From the NCBI GenBank assembly GCA_027483175.1, contig JAIXVE010000265.1:6530-70529 (forward strand): DNA of 64,000 bases, written 5' to 3'. This DNA is from Verrucomicrobiaceae bacterium (GTDB taxonomy: Bacteria > Verrucomicrobiota > Verrucomicrobiia > Verrucomicrobiales > V1-33). The notes below the pieces were generated by a model. It did no database searches, had not been told where the DNA came from, and saw nothing but the letters and a program-made list of their open reading frames with translations. Within the stretch, counting starts at the first letter, position 1. Each line of letters opens with the position of its first letter. The position numbers and the translations under genes were made by a program. Below, piece by piece: positions 8,821 through 17,476 of this stretch.

Positions 8821-11367
8821 ATGAAACCGCTACCCTCCATCCTCGCCGTCGTTTTCACCTTTGCATCCGTGGCTGAGCGCATCAGTGCGGCGGAAGTTGT
8901 GGTGGTTCCCTGGAACCAGAGTTGGGATTACCATCATCCGATGGGGCGGGATCCGGTGAGTGTGGATGCGGATTTCAATGCGACGTGGTTTCTGAAGGCT
9001 GCGGATTTTGCGGCGAGCTATAATGGGCCTGCGTTTGGGGGAGCGACGGTGGTGGGGAGTGCGGCGAACACGGCGTCGTTTGACAAGGGGACGGGAGTGG
9101 GGCCGTTTGGGTACGGGGGGATTGTTTATTTCACGGCTGGCGGGGCGGAGTTTACGGCGTTCGGGACGACGCTGACGACGCCTACTAACGCGAACCGCTA
9201 CACGGCGTATTTCCGGACGACGTTTACGCTGGGGCAGACGTACACATCGCCGCGGATTCGGATGCTGCTGGACGACGGGGCGCTGGTTTATCTGGATGGC
9301 GTGCTGGTGGCGCGGGTGAACAAGTCGGACAACACGGAGTCGTATACGAGTTTTGCGACGGACACGACGGCGAACGCGAATGTGAACGGAGCGTCGGCGG
9401 ACAACGAGTCGGTGTTGCAGTCGTTTACGCTAGGGACGGCGGGGACGAGTCCGCAGGCGGATTCGGTGGTGATTATTCCGGTGCCTACGCTGGCGGCTGG
9501 GGAGCACACACTTGCGGTGTCGGCGCGCAACAACGCGGTGACGAGTTCGGACATGGTGATGGGGCTGCAGCTGCTGGCGAACGATGCGGGTTTATCGGCG
9601 CAGGTATCGGATGTGCAGCGTCAGTTGAACGGGCCTGGATTTGCGGATGACACGTTTACGTTCAAGGTGGCGGTGACGGCGTTGAACATGCCGGGGGCGA
9701 CGACGTGGACGAGCGACAATGCGGCGGCGAATGGTCCGGTTTCCGGGGCGTATGCACCGACGGTGTATACCTACACGTATCCTGCGCAGGTGAACAGCGG
9801 GCAGCTGACGACGGCGACGATCCAGTTCACGGATTCGACGGATCCGCTGCTTTTCAGTTCGGTGGTGGTGACGGCACCGGCGGCGCTGGCGACGACGCCG
9901 CTGGTATTGGCACCGGCGACGCCGGTGGTGGGGACAGGGTTTGAGGAAGCTGGGCTTGGTCAGGGGAATTTCCAGCGGAGTTATTTCAATACGGAGCTGG
10001 GGTTCACGTCGAGCGGTGCGGTGGTGAACGATGCGCTAGCGAACGGGACGGGGTCGAACATGCTGCGTTTTGTGGGGTCGATTGGGACGATGACATCCGA
10101 GGCGGTGCAGCTGGATCCGTCGGTGAAGGGGATCAAGGCTGGGCTAACGATGCGGAGTTACACGACGAGCGGGACGGGATTTGAGCTGGATGATTCGCTG
10201 CGGGTGAGTGTGGAGACGAGTCCTGACGGGACGACGTGGAGTGATGCGGGGAGTGTGCTGCCGCAGATGATCGGGGTGAATGCGGATCTTGGAGGGATTG
10301 ATCAATTGATTACGGCGACTGGGCCTGGTGCTCCGGGGGCTCCGGTGTTGAAGTCGCGTCGCGGGTGGTCGGCGGCGGGTGTGGGGACGGGGCCTGGGCA
10401 GGAGAATATTGATCTTCCGCCGTTGGCTGTGCCAGCGGGGCCGAATCCGGTGCAGGTAGAGTTCACGCATCGGTATAGTTTTGAGTTGGGTGGGACGACG
10501 CGGTTTGATGGTGGAGCGGTGATGGTGTCGGTGAATGGCGGGCCGTACACGCACATTCCGGCGGCATCGTTCACGCAGAATGCCTATCCTGGGACGATTA
10601 CGGGGACTGGTGTGCTGAATGGGTTTGACGGGTTCAGCGCGGATTCTCCGGGGTATGCGAGCGGGAACATGATTACGTCGAGGCTGACGGTGCCTGGGGT
10701 GGTGGCAGGGGATACGATCACGCTGCAGTTTCTGGGGAGCTGGGACGAGAATGCGCTGGGGAGCAGTCCGAACTGGGAGATCAACGACATCAAGGTGACG
10801 GCTGGGGCGACGGTGTTGTTCAGCGACAACTTTGCGGCTGGGCCTGGGGCGGTGCTGCCGAGTCCTGGTTGGGTGTATGATGATGGGTCGCTGAATCCGG
10901 GGCCGAGTTACTATACGTTTGGACGGTCGGCGATTCCGGTGCCTGCGGGGCATCGTTTTGCGCGGTTCCGGATTGCGCAGCCGTTGAATGTGGCGCTGTC
11001 GACGTCTGAGGTGCTGTTGTTTGACGGGATGAAGCTGGAGATTGGGGCTGATCCGCTGGCGGACGCTGATGGGGATGGCGTGAGCAACGGCGAGGAGGAC
11101 TTCTACGGGACGAATCCGCTGGACAAGAGCTCGGCATTCCGGGCGGTGCAGACGGTGAGTGTGGTGCCTGGGGCGACGCCGCTGCAGCGCTTGAATGTGA
11201 GCATGACGGGTGTTGATCTGCGGGTATACAAGCTGCAGTCGAGTGACAATCTGAATACGTGGACGGATGTGGAGACCCGGTTTGGGGATGCGTTCACGCC
11301 GCTGATCGAGTTCACGGCGGAGTCGATTGATCCGACCAAGTTCTGGCGGGTGCAGACGCGCTATTGA
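8821..11367 (+). CDS. Secreted 848 aa protein with a jelly-roll (galactose-binding-like) module, unassigned central domains, a TSP3-like DxDxDG motif and a C-terminal tail
   Basis: The ATG at 8821 gives the signal peptide MKPLPSILAVVFTFASVAERISA (the track start at 8800 is a GTG). The motifs are YFRTTFTL...LLDDGALVYLDGVLV...HTLAVSARNN..SSD and DADGDGVSNGEEDFYGTNP, and the protein ends in KFWRVQTRY. Confidence 0.75.
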   Translation: MKPLPSILAVVFTFASVAERISAAEVVVVPWNQSWDYHHPMGRDPVSVDADFNATWFLKAADFAASYNGPAFGGATVVGSAANTASFDKGTGVGPFGYGGIVYFTAGGAEFTAFGTTLTTPTNANRYTAYFRTTFTLGQTYTSPRIRMLLDDGALVYLDGVLVARVNKSDNTESYTSFATDTTANANVNGASADNESVLQSFTLGTAGTSPQADSVVIIPVPTLAAGEHTLAVSARNNAVTSSDMVMGLQLLANDAGLSAQVSDVQRQLNGPGFADDTFTFKVAVTALNMPGATTWTSDNAAANGPVSGAYAPTVYTYTYPAQVNSGQLTTATIQFTDSTDPLLFSSVVVTAPAALATTPLVLAPATPVVGTGFEEAGLGQGNFQRSYFNTELGFTSSGAVVNDALANGTGSNMLRFVGSIGTMTSEAVQLDPSVKGIKAGLTMRSYTTSGTGFELDDSLRVSVETSPDGTTWSDAGSVLPQMIGVNADLGGIDQLITATGPGAPGAPVLKSRRGWSAAGVGTGPGQENIDLPPLAVPAGPNPVQVEFTHRYSFELGGTTRFDGGAVMVSVNGGPYTHIPAASFTQNAYPGTITGTGVLNGFDGFSADSPGYASGNMITSRLTVPGVVAGDTITLQFLGSWDENALGSSPNWEINDIKVTAGATVLFSDNFAAGPGAVLPSPGWVYDDGSLNPGPSYYTFGRSAIPVPAGHRFARFRIAQPLNVALSTSEVLLFDGMKLEIGADPLADADGDGVSNGEEDFYGTNPLDKSSAFRAVQTVSVVPGATPLQRLNVSMTGVDLRVYKLQSSDNLNTWTDVETRFGDAFTPLIEFTAESIDPTKFWRVQTRY

Positions 11368-11379
11368 GGAGCGGTAGGG

Positions 11380-11694
11380 TCAGGAGTTCTGACCGAGTGC
11401 AGTGGCGATTCTTTTCAAGTAATCGAAGCTGTAGATGCCTGTGCGGTGGCCGTCGCTGAATGCGAAGGCCACCGCGTAGGTTCCGACGTGTTGCCATGCG
11501 GTGACGCGAACACCGGGGAATTCGGTGCGGTCGTCGCCGCCGATTTTGTGGCCGAGGAGGTCTTGTTCGCCTGCGGTTTCGGCGCTGGGGCTGAAGGCGC
11601 GGAGGCGTTCCATGGGGAAGAAGTTTTCGGAGCCGTCGGACCAGCGGATGGCGATTTCGGAGCCGATGGCCTGGATGTCTGTGGGGAGGAGCAT
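11380..11694 (-). CDS. DUF971 domain protein
   Basis: IAIRWSDGSENFFPMERLRAFSPSAE...YAVAFAFSDGHRTGIYSFDYL is typical of DUF971. I prefer the ATG at 11694. The 11739 start would overlap hemB by 19 nt. Confidence 0.6.
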   Translation of the reverse strand: MLLPTDIQAIGSEIAIRWSDGSENFFPMERLRAFSPSAETAGEQDLLGHKIGGDDRTEFPGVRVTAWQHVGTYAVAFAFSDGHRTGIYSFDYLKRIATALGQNS

Positions 11695-11720
11695 GGGAGG
11701 GGTGGGCGGGGAGGAGGGTT

Positions 11721-12701
11721 TCAGTCGTTGAGGAGCCATTGAGCGGCTTGGCGTGCGAAGTAGGTGAGGATGATGTCTGCGCCGGCGCGGTGGATACCGG
11801 TGAGGGATTCGAGGATCATTTTCTTTTCGTCGAGCCAGCCGGCGGCTGCGGCGCTGCGGATCATGAGGTATTCGCCGCTGACCTGATAGGCGGCGATGGG
11901 GAGGGGGGTGGCGGCGCGGAGGGCGTGGATGATGTCGAGGTAGGGGCCGGCGGGTTTGACCATGAGGATGTCGGCGCCTTCGGCTTCGTCGAGGGCGGCC
12001 TCGCGGAGGGCTTCGCGGGCATTGGCGGGGTCCATCTGGTAGGTTTTCTTGTCACCGGCGCGGGGTGCGGAGTCGAGTGCGCCGCGGAAGGGGCCGTAGC
12101 AGGCGCTGGCGTATTTGGCGGTGTAGCTGAGGATGGCGGTGTGGGTGAAGCCGTGGGCGTCGAGGGCGGAGCGGATGGCACCGACGCGGCCGTCCATCAT
12201 GTCGCTTGGGGAGACGACGTCTGCTCCGGCGCGGGCGTGGGTGAGAGCCTGGTTGCAGAGGATGGCGACGGTTTCGTCATTGAGGATGGTGCCGTTGGGG
12301 GAGACGAGGCCGTCGTGACCGTCGCTGTTGTAGGGATCGAGGGCGATATCGGTGATGACGGCGAGGTCTGGTAGGGCCTGTTTGAGGGTGCGGATGGCGA
12401 TGGGGATGAGGCCGTCCGGGTTGAGGGCTTCTTCTGCGCGCGGGGTTTTGAGGGCGTCGTCGATGCGGGGGAAGAGGACGACGGAGCGAATGCCTTCGGA
12501 GAAGGCGGCGGAGGCTTCGGAGACGAGGCCATCGAGGGACCAGCGGTGGCAGCCAGGCATGGAGGCGATGGGTTCGTCGGCGGAGGAGCCGCTGAGGAAG
12601 AGAGGGTAGATGAACTGTTCCGGGTGGAGCCTTGTTTCCCTGACGAGACCGCGGAGGGCAGGGGATTGGCGGTTGCGTCTGGGGCGGATGGGAAGGTTCA
12701 T
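11721..12701 (-). CDS. hemB: Porphobilinogen synthase (delta-aminolevulinate dehydratase)
   Basis: The internal ATG at 12701 gives MNLPIRPRRNRQSPALRGLVRETRLHPEQFIYPLF. The motifs ...SPSDMMDGRV... and ...MVKPAGPYLDI..., which include the active-site Lys region, are present. Confidence 0.9.
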   Translation of the reverse strand: MNLPIRPRRNRQSPALRGLVRETRLHPEQFIYPLFLSGSSADEPIASMPGCHRWSLDGLVSEASAAFSEGIRSVVLFPRIDDALKTPRAEEALNPDGLIPIAIRTLKQALPDLAVITDIALDPYNSDGHDGLVSPNGTILNDETVAILCNQALTHARAGADVVSPSDMMDGRVGAIRSALDAHGFTHTAILSYTAKYASACYGPFRGALDSAPRAGDKKTYQMDPANAREALREAALDEAEGADILMVKPAGPYLDIIHALRAATPLPIAAYQVSGEYLMIRSAAAAGWLDEKKMILESLTGIHRAGADIILTYFARQAAQWLLND

Positions 12702-12938
12702 GGGGTACAGGGAACGAATGTGGCGGTTCGCGCAAGGAGGGTCGTGGTGATGGGGCCTTCTGATTTTCTGGAAAAAAAACGGCTTGCGTGGAGGGGAGGG
12801 GTGCACTAGGGGCACGCTCCCTTTCCGGAGGGAACCAACCTAAACCATCCTCCCGGGTGGATCGGGCGAGAGCCCGAGCAGGAGCAACAAAGAGCGCCCG
12901 GTGGCGCGGCCTGTGCATCTGGGAGACCCCTAAAATAC

Positions 12939-13646
12939 ATGAGTACAGAATCTTTGCAGGCCTTGATTGAGGCAGGCGTTCATTTCGGTCACCAGTCGAA
13001 GAAGTGGCATCCCAACATGAAGCCGTACCTGCTTGGTACGAAGAACGGGGTGCACCTGATTAATCTTGAGGAGACGCTGAAGCAGCTTGAAGCGGCGGCG
13101 GAGTTTCTGAGTGGGCTGGCGAAGGAAGGGCGGAAGATTCTGTTTGTGGGCTGCAAGCGGCAGGCGCAGGACGCAGTGCGCGAGGCGGCTGAGGCGACAG
13201 GTCAGTTTTATGTGAATCACCGCTGGCTGGGCGGCACGCTGACGAACCTTGAGACGATCAAGAAGTCGATTCAGCGTCTGAAGTATCTTGAGACGATCGA
13301 GGCGCAGCCTGAGTACAAGATGATGTCGAAGAAGGAGCTGGCGGCGCTGGGTCGTGAGCGTGCGAAGCTGCTGCGCAATCTGGCGGGGATCCGCGAGATG
13401 GGTGGGCTTCCTGACGTGATGGTGGTGGTGGACAGCCATCGCGAGTCGATTGCGATTGCCGAGGGCAACCGCCTTGGGATTCCGATTGTGGCGATGACTG
13501 ATTCGAATGCGGATCCGTTGAAGGTGACGTATCCGGTGGCATCGAATGATGACGCGGTGCGTTCGATCAAGATCATCCTGCAGCATCTGGTGGAGCCGGT
13601 GACGGCCGCGCTGGAGAGCACAGGTCGTGCGCCCCGGAAGAAGTAA
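12939..13646 (+). CDS. rpsB: 30S ribosomal protein S2
   Basis: LIEAGVHFGHQSKKWHPNMKPYL...HLINLEET...FVGCKRQA matches S2. Confidence 0.97.
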   Translation: MSTESLQALIEAGVHFGHQSKKWHPNMKPYLLGTKNGVHLINLEETLKQLEAAAEFLSGLAKEGRKILFVGCKRQAQDAVREAAEATGQFYVNHRWLGGTLTNLETIKKSIQRLKYLETIEAQPEYKMMSKKELAALGRERAKLLRNLAGIREMGGLPDVMVVVDSHRESIAIAEGNRLGIPIVAMTDSNADPLKVTYPVASNDDAVRSIKIILQHLVEPVTAALESTGRAPRKK

Positions 13647-13668
13647 GCCGGAGTCTGCCCCTATTTCC

Positions 13669-13713
13669 GGAACGGCGGCGGCACCGGCAAGTGCGCCGCC
13701 GTTCCCATTTTCC
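13669..13713 (+). terminator. Intercistronic hairpin (attenuator or partial terminator) between rpsB and tsf
   Basis: The stem GGAACGGCGGC/GCCGCCGTTCC (13669-13705) is followed by CATTTTCC. An internal attenuator in the rpsB-tsf operon is known from E. coli. Confidence 0.5.
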
Positions 13714-13745
13714 AACCGATCAACCAAACAAACCAAACTAAGACC

Positions 13746-14636
13746 ATGGCTGAAATCAGCGCCAAAACTGTAATGGATCTCCGCGCGAAAACGAACGCGG
13801 GAATGATGGACTGCAAGAAGGCCCTCGCGGAAGCGGGTGGTGACATGGACAAGGCGGAAGAGATTCTCCGCAAGAAGGGCATTACGAAGATGGAGAAGCG
13901 GACGGACCGCGTCAGCAAAGAGGGCGTGGTGCACGCCTTGCTGAGCGAGTGCGGGCGGAACGGCGTGCTGCTGGAAGTGAACTGCGAGACGGACTTTGTG
14001 GCGAAGAACGAAGGCTGGCGCGGGTTTGTGTCTGAGATCACGACGCACACGCTGAGTTCGACGGCGGCAACGGTCGAAGAACTGCTGGCGGAGAGTTACA
14101 GCAAAGGTGGCGGCACGGTTGATGAAGTGGTGAAGGTGAAGGGTGCGGAGACTGGTGAAGTCACGGTGCTGCGCCGGTTTGTGCGGTTCAATAGTGCTGA
14201 GAATTCGGCGGTGGCGACGTATCTGCACATGGGCGGGAGGATCGGGGTGATGATTGAGGTGAAGGCAGGCAAGGCGGAGAGTCTGAGTGCGGATGCGTTC
14301 AAGACCCTGCTGAAGGATGTGACGATGCACATTGCGGCGGCGAATCCTGAGTTCCTTGATCGTTCGGAAGTACCAGAAGCGGTGGTGGCGAAGGAGAAGG
14401 AGATCTATGCGGAGTCCGACCGATTGAAGGGCAAGCCAGCGGCGGCGCTGGAAGGGATTCTGAACGGCATGCTGAACAAGTTCTTCAGCCAGGCGTGTCT
14501 GGTGGAGCAGGGGTTCATCAAGGATCCTGACAAATCCGTGGGTGATCTGGTGGCAGCGACGGGCAAGGAGCTGGGCGACACCCTGACGATTCAGCGGTTT
14601 GCGCGGTTTGCGGTGGGTGAAGAGGTGAAGGCCTGA
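13746..14636 (+). CDS. tsf: Translation elongation factor Ts
   Basis: MAEISAKTVMDLRAKTNAGMMDCKKALAEAGGDMDKAEEILRKKG is the UBA-like N-terminus. ...NCETDFVAKNE... is the EF-Ts signature. Confidence 0.97.
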   Translation: MAEISAKTVMDLRAKTNAGMMDCKKALAEAGGDMDKAEEILRKKGITKMEKRTDRVSKEGVVHALLSECGRNGVLLEVNCETDFVAKNEGWRGFVSEITTHTLSSTAATVEELLAESYSKGGGTVDEVVKVKGAETGEVTVLRRFVRFNSAENSAVATYLHMGGRIGVMIEVKAGKAESLSADAFKTLLKDVTMHIAAANPEFLDRSEVPEAVVAKEKEIYAESDRLKGKPAAALEGILNGMLNKFFSQACLVEQGFIKDPDKSVGDLVAATGKELGDTLTIQRFARFAVGEEVKA

Positions 14637-14662
14637 GGCTACTGACTGGAGTCGAATTGCGG

Positions 14663-14702
14663 GGCCGGGATTTCCGAATGGGGATCCCGGCCTTCCTCAT
14701 TT
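14663..14702 (+). terminator. Rho-independent terminator after tsf
   Basis: A 9 bp stem GGCCGGGAT/ATCCCGGCC (14663-14692) is followed by TTCCTCATTT. Confidence 0.65.
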
Positions 14703-14783
14703 GGGAGGGGAGGGGGGGATGGTTTCTTCCCTTTACTCGCGCGGTGGCATGATGAAGCGTGCAGGAGAATCCCACCCGAACGA

Positions 14784-15179
14784 ATGGCATTGCTGGCGCA
14801 TTTCATGTCAGGCCCGAGCAGCACGGACAGCGGTCCGTGGGCGATGTTTTTTGCGCTCGTGATTGGGCATGCGGTGGCTGACTTTGCATTGCAGGGCAAG
14901 TTTCTGGCGATTCGGAAGAACCGGCACATCAAGAGTATTGATTACATTGGGGATTCGCCTGGGAGTCTGTGGGTGTATTGTCTGACGGCGCATTCGCTGG
15001 TGCATGCGGGTGCGGTGTGGGTGGTGACGGGGAGTCCGGTGTTTGCGTTTGTGGAGTTTGTGCTGCACTGGCTGATTGATTTTGTGAAGTGCGAGAAGTG
15101 GACGAATTTCCATCAGGACCAGGGACTGCATATTCTGAGCAAGGCGGTTTATGTGGTGGCGATTGTGGTGTGGGGCTGA
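14784..15179 (+). CDS. DUF3307-like membrane protein
   Basis: The 131 aa product is hydrophobic, with the motifs IGHAVADFALQ and HSLVHAG typical of DUF3307. Confidence 0.6.
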   Translation: MALLAHFMSGPSSTDSGPWAMFFALVIGHAVADFALQGKFLAIRKNRHIKSIDYIGDSPGSLWVYCLTAHSLVHAGAVWVVTGSPVFAFVEFVLHWLIDFVKCEKWTNFHQDQGLHILSKAVYVVAIVVWG

Positions 15180-15199
15180 CAGGAAGCTGACTGAATGCG

Positions 15200-15790
15200 A
15201 TGGCTGATTCTGCGACACCGAAGGAGATTGATGCGTGGCCGGTGCTGGAGTACCCTGCGGTGCGGCATAATCTGGAGTCTGGGGATCTGGTGTTTTGTTC
15301 GGGGCGGTATTTTTTTTCCGGGCTGATACAGAAGGTGACTCGATCGGTGTGGAGCCATTGCGGGATTATCTACAAGGATCCGACGCTGAACCGGGTGTTT
15401 GTGCTGGAGAGTGAGGTGATGATAGGGGTGCGGGTGGTGCCGTTGTCGAAGTATCTGAAGGATTACCATGGGCGGCGGCGGGCGTATCAGGGGCGGATTG
15501 TGATCGGGAGAGTGCATCCGGTGCCTGAGGCGGAGAAGATCCGGCGGGCGATCAGTTTCGGGATGGATGAGCTGACGAAGCCGTATGACAACTGGGAGAT
15601 TCTGAGGATTCTTGTACGGACGCTGTTAGGCAAGGGGAGGAGGACGCGGGACCGGAAGTACATCTGTTCGGAGCTGGTGCAGGAATGTTTCCGGCATGCA
15701 GGGATTGTGTTTCCGTATGTGAAGCGGTCGATCAGTCCGGATGACATCTGGAAGGACGAGCGGGTTCTTTCGGTGTGCCGGATTCTGTGA
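15200..15790 (+). CDS. YiiX/YaeF-type permuted papain-like (NlpC/P60 superfamily) hydrolase
   Basis: GDLVFCSG....IQKVTRSVWSHCGII (His first) is followed later by YICSELVQECF (Cys), which is the permuted catalytic order of the family. Confidence 0.6.
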   Translation: MADSATPKEIDAWPVLEYPAVRHNLESGDLVFCSGRYFFSGLIQKVTRSVWSHCGIIYKDPTLNRVFVLESEVMIGVRVVPLSKYLKDYHGRRRAYQGRIVIGRVHPVPEAEKIRRAISFGMDELTKPYDNWEILRILVRTLLGKGRRTRDRKYICSELVQECFRHAGIVFPYVKRSISPDDIWKDERVLSVCRIL

Positions 15791-15816
15791 TGGGAGGGTG
15801 ACGGGTGCGGGGAGGG

Positions 15817-15892
15817 CAGGCGCACTCCGTGTGCGGAGAGAGCTGTGATTTCCGACCGCAGTCCAGAGCCTTCGGCTGCTGGTTCGGAGAGG
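15817..15892. repeat. Dispersed GC-rich hairpin element, copy 1 (type A core only)
   Basis: CAGGCGCACTCCGTGTGCGGAGAGAGCTGTGATTTCCGACCGCAGTCCAGAGCCTTCGGCTGCTGGTTCGGAGAGG aligns with 23300-23375 and 26091-26175. Confidence 0.75.
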
Positions 15893-15911
15893 AGTTTTAC
15901 CGGGCGGGGTG

Positions 15912-16607
15912 TTAGAGTCCGCTGAGGGGGAGGTCGTCGAGGTCGAGTTCGCGGACTCGGCCGTCTTCGGAGGCCTGGATGAGGAGGCGGGCTTCGATGA
16001 TGAGGGCGGTGAGCCATCCGCCGGCCCATGCGCTGGTGTCGATGCAGGTGGTGTGGCCGAAGTGTTTGGGGAGGCCGGAGCGCTGGGCGGTGTGGCCGAC
16101 GATGAGGGATTTGCCGGAGAAGTGTGGTTGGGCGTCTTCGGAGAGGAATTCCCAGCAGAGCCAGTCGGGTGTCTGGTGTTTGAAGGTGATGTCGGGGGCG
16201 GCGTTGGCGTGGGCGAACAAGTGGGAATCGGTTTCGAAGGAATCGAGGAGCCCATTTTCGAGGAAGTCCCAGTGGTCAGGGGTGACGTGGGCGAGGCGGG
16301 GGATCCATGAGTTAGGAGCGTAGCTTTCGAGCGTCTGGCGGCCGCCGTGGTGGCGCCATGATTTTTCGAGTTCCGGGTTGAGCCGGGCGTCGAGCATCAT
16401 GAGTTCGTGATTGCCTTTGAGAGGTTTGAGGGCGCACTCGTGGCGGAGCTTGATGAGACGTTCGATGACGCCGCGGGAGTCGGGGCCGCGGTCGACGTAG
16501 TCGCCGAGGGTGATGACGAGGTCATCGGAGGCTGGGCGGAGTTCTTCGAGGAGGATATCGAAGGCGTGGCGGCAGCCGTGGATGTCGCCGATGGCGATGG
16601 TTCTCAC
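15912..16607 (-). CDS. Calcineurin-like metallophosphoesterase (PPP-type Ser/Thr phosphatase or ApaH-like)
   Basis: IAIGDIHGC...LGDYVDRGPDS...LKGNHE are the three PPP motifs. The GTG start at 16607 overlaps the stop of the upstream gene (GTGA). Confidence 0.8.
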   Translation of the reverse strand: MRTIAIGDIHGCRHAFDILLEELRPASDDLVITLGDYVDRGPDSRGVIERLIKLRHECALKPLKGNHELMMLDARLNPELEKSWRHHGGRQTLESYAPNSWIPRLAHVTPDHWDFLENGLLDSFETDSHLFAHANAAPDITFKHQTPDWLCWEFLSEDAQPHFSGKSLIVGHTAQRSGLPKHFGHTTCIDTSAWAGGWLTALIIEARLLIQASEDGRVRELDLDDLPLSGL

Positions 16608-17422
16608 GGGGAGAAGGAATCGGCTGTTTTGAAGCGCGGGTTCTGGCTGAGGAAGCGGAGCGGGTTCTGGTAGAGGAGATTGTCGATGGCTGCGGCGGAG
16701 TAGCCACGGCGGCGCATTTCGAGGGCGGTTTTGGGGACGGCGAGCGGGTCGCTGTGGCCCCAGTCGCAGGCGCTGTTGAGCCAGAGCCGTTCTGAGCCGT
16801 AGAGTTCCATCATGTCGATGGCGCGGTTTGGGGTGGCTTTGCTTTCCGGGTAGAGGGTGATGCCTGCCCAGAAGCCAGCGTCGAGGACGAGGGGAGCGGT
16901 GTGTTCTTCGACGTGGTCGATGATGACGCGGTCTGGGGTGATGCGGCTGTGGTTGCGGAGGGCGTCGAGGATGAGCCGGGTGCCTTTGAGTTTGTCTTCG
17001 AGGTGTGGGGTGTGGACGAGGACGAGCTGGTTGTGATCGGCGGCGAGCTGGATGTGTTTTTCGAGGATGAGGAGCTCGTTGCGGCTGTTTTTATTGAGGC
17101 CGATTTCGCCGATGCCGAGGACATTGGGTTTGGCGAGGAGGTCCGGGATGAGGGAGATGACCTCGTCGGCGAGGACGGTGTCTTCGGATTCCTTGGGGTT
17201 GATGCAGAGCCAGCAGTAGTGGGGGAGGAGGTATTTGCTGGCGCGGCGCGGTTCGTATTCCGTGAGCTGGAGGAAGTAGTCGAAGAAGCCGTGTTTATTT
17301 TTGCGGTCGTAGCCTGCCCAGAAGGCGGGTTCGCAGACGGCGACGCAGCCTGCGGTGACCATGGCTTGGTAGTCGTCGGTGGTGCGACTGACCATGTGGC
17401 CGTGGGGCTCGATGTAGCGCAT
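16604..17422 (-). CDS. TatD-family metal-dependent hydrolase
   Basis: MRYIEPHGHM, ...IGEIGLN..., ...LVHTPH... and ...IDH... form a TatD-like metal-ligand pattern in a 272 aa product. Confidence 0.65.
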   Translation of the reverse strand: MRYIEPHGHMVSRTTDDYQAMVTAGCVAVCEPAFWAGYDRKNKHGFFDYFLQLTEYEPRRASKYLLPHYCWLCINPKESEDTVLADEVISLIPDLLAKPNVLGIGEIGLNKNSRNELLILEKHIQLAADHNQLVLVHTPHLEDKLKGTRLILDALRNHSRITPDRVIIDHVEEHTAPLVLDAGFWAGITLYPESKATPNRAIDMMELYGSERLWLNSACDWGHSDPLAVPKTALEMRRRGYSAAAIDNLLYQNPLRFLSQNPRFKTADSFSP

Positions 17423-17476
17423 GGGGAGAGGGGGGCGGGAGAGCGGGAGCGGACGGGACGGGATGTTAGAGGCAGG

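Noticed and set aside
12930-14330. 466 aa minus-strand ORF covering rpsB and tsf
   Set aside because: It is antisense to two unmistakable, highly conserved genes, and its product is a His/Arg/Leu-rich low-complexity sequence.
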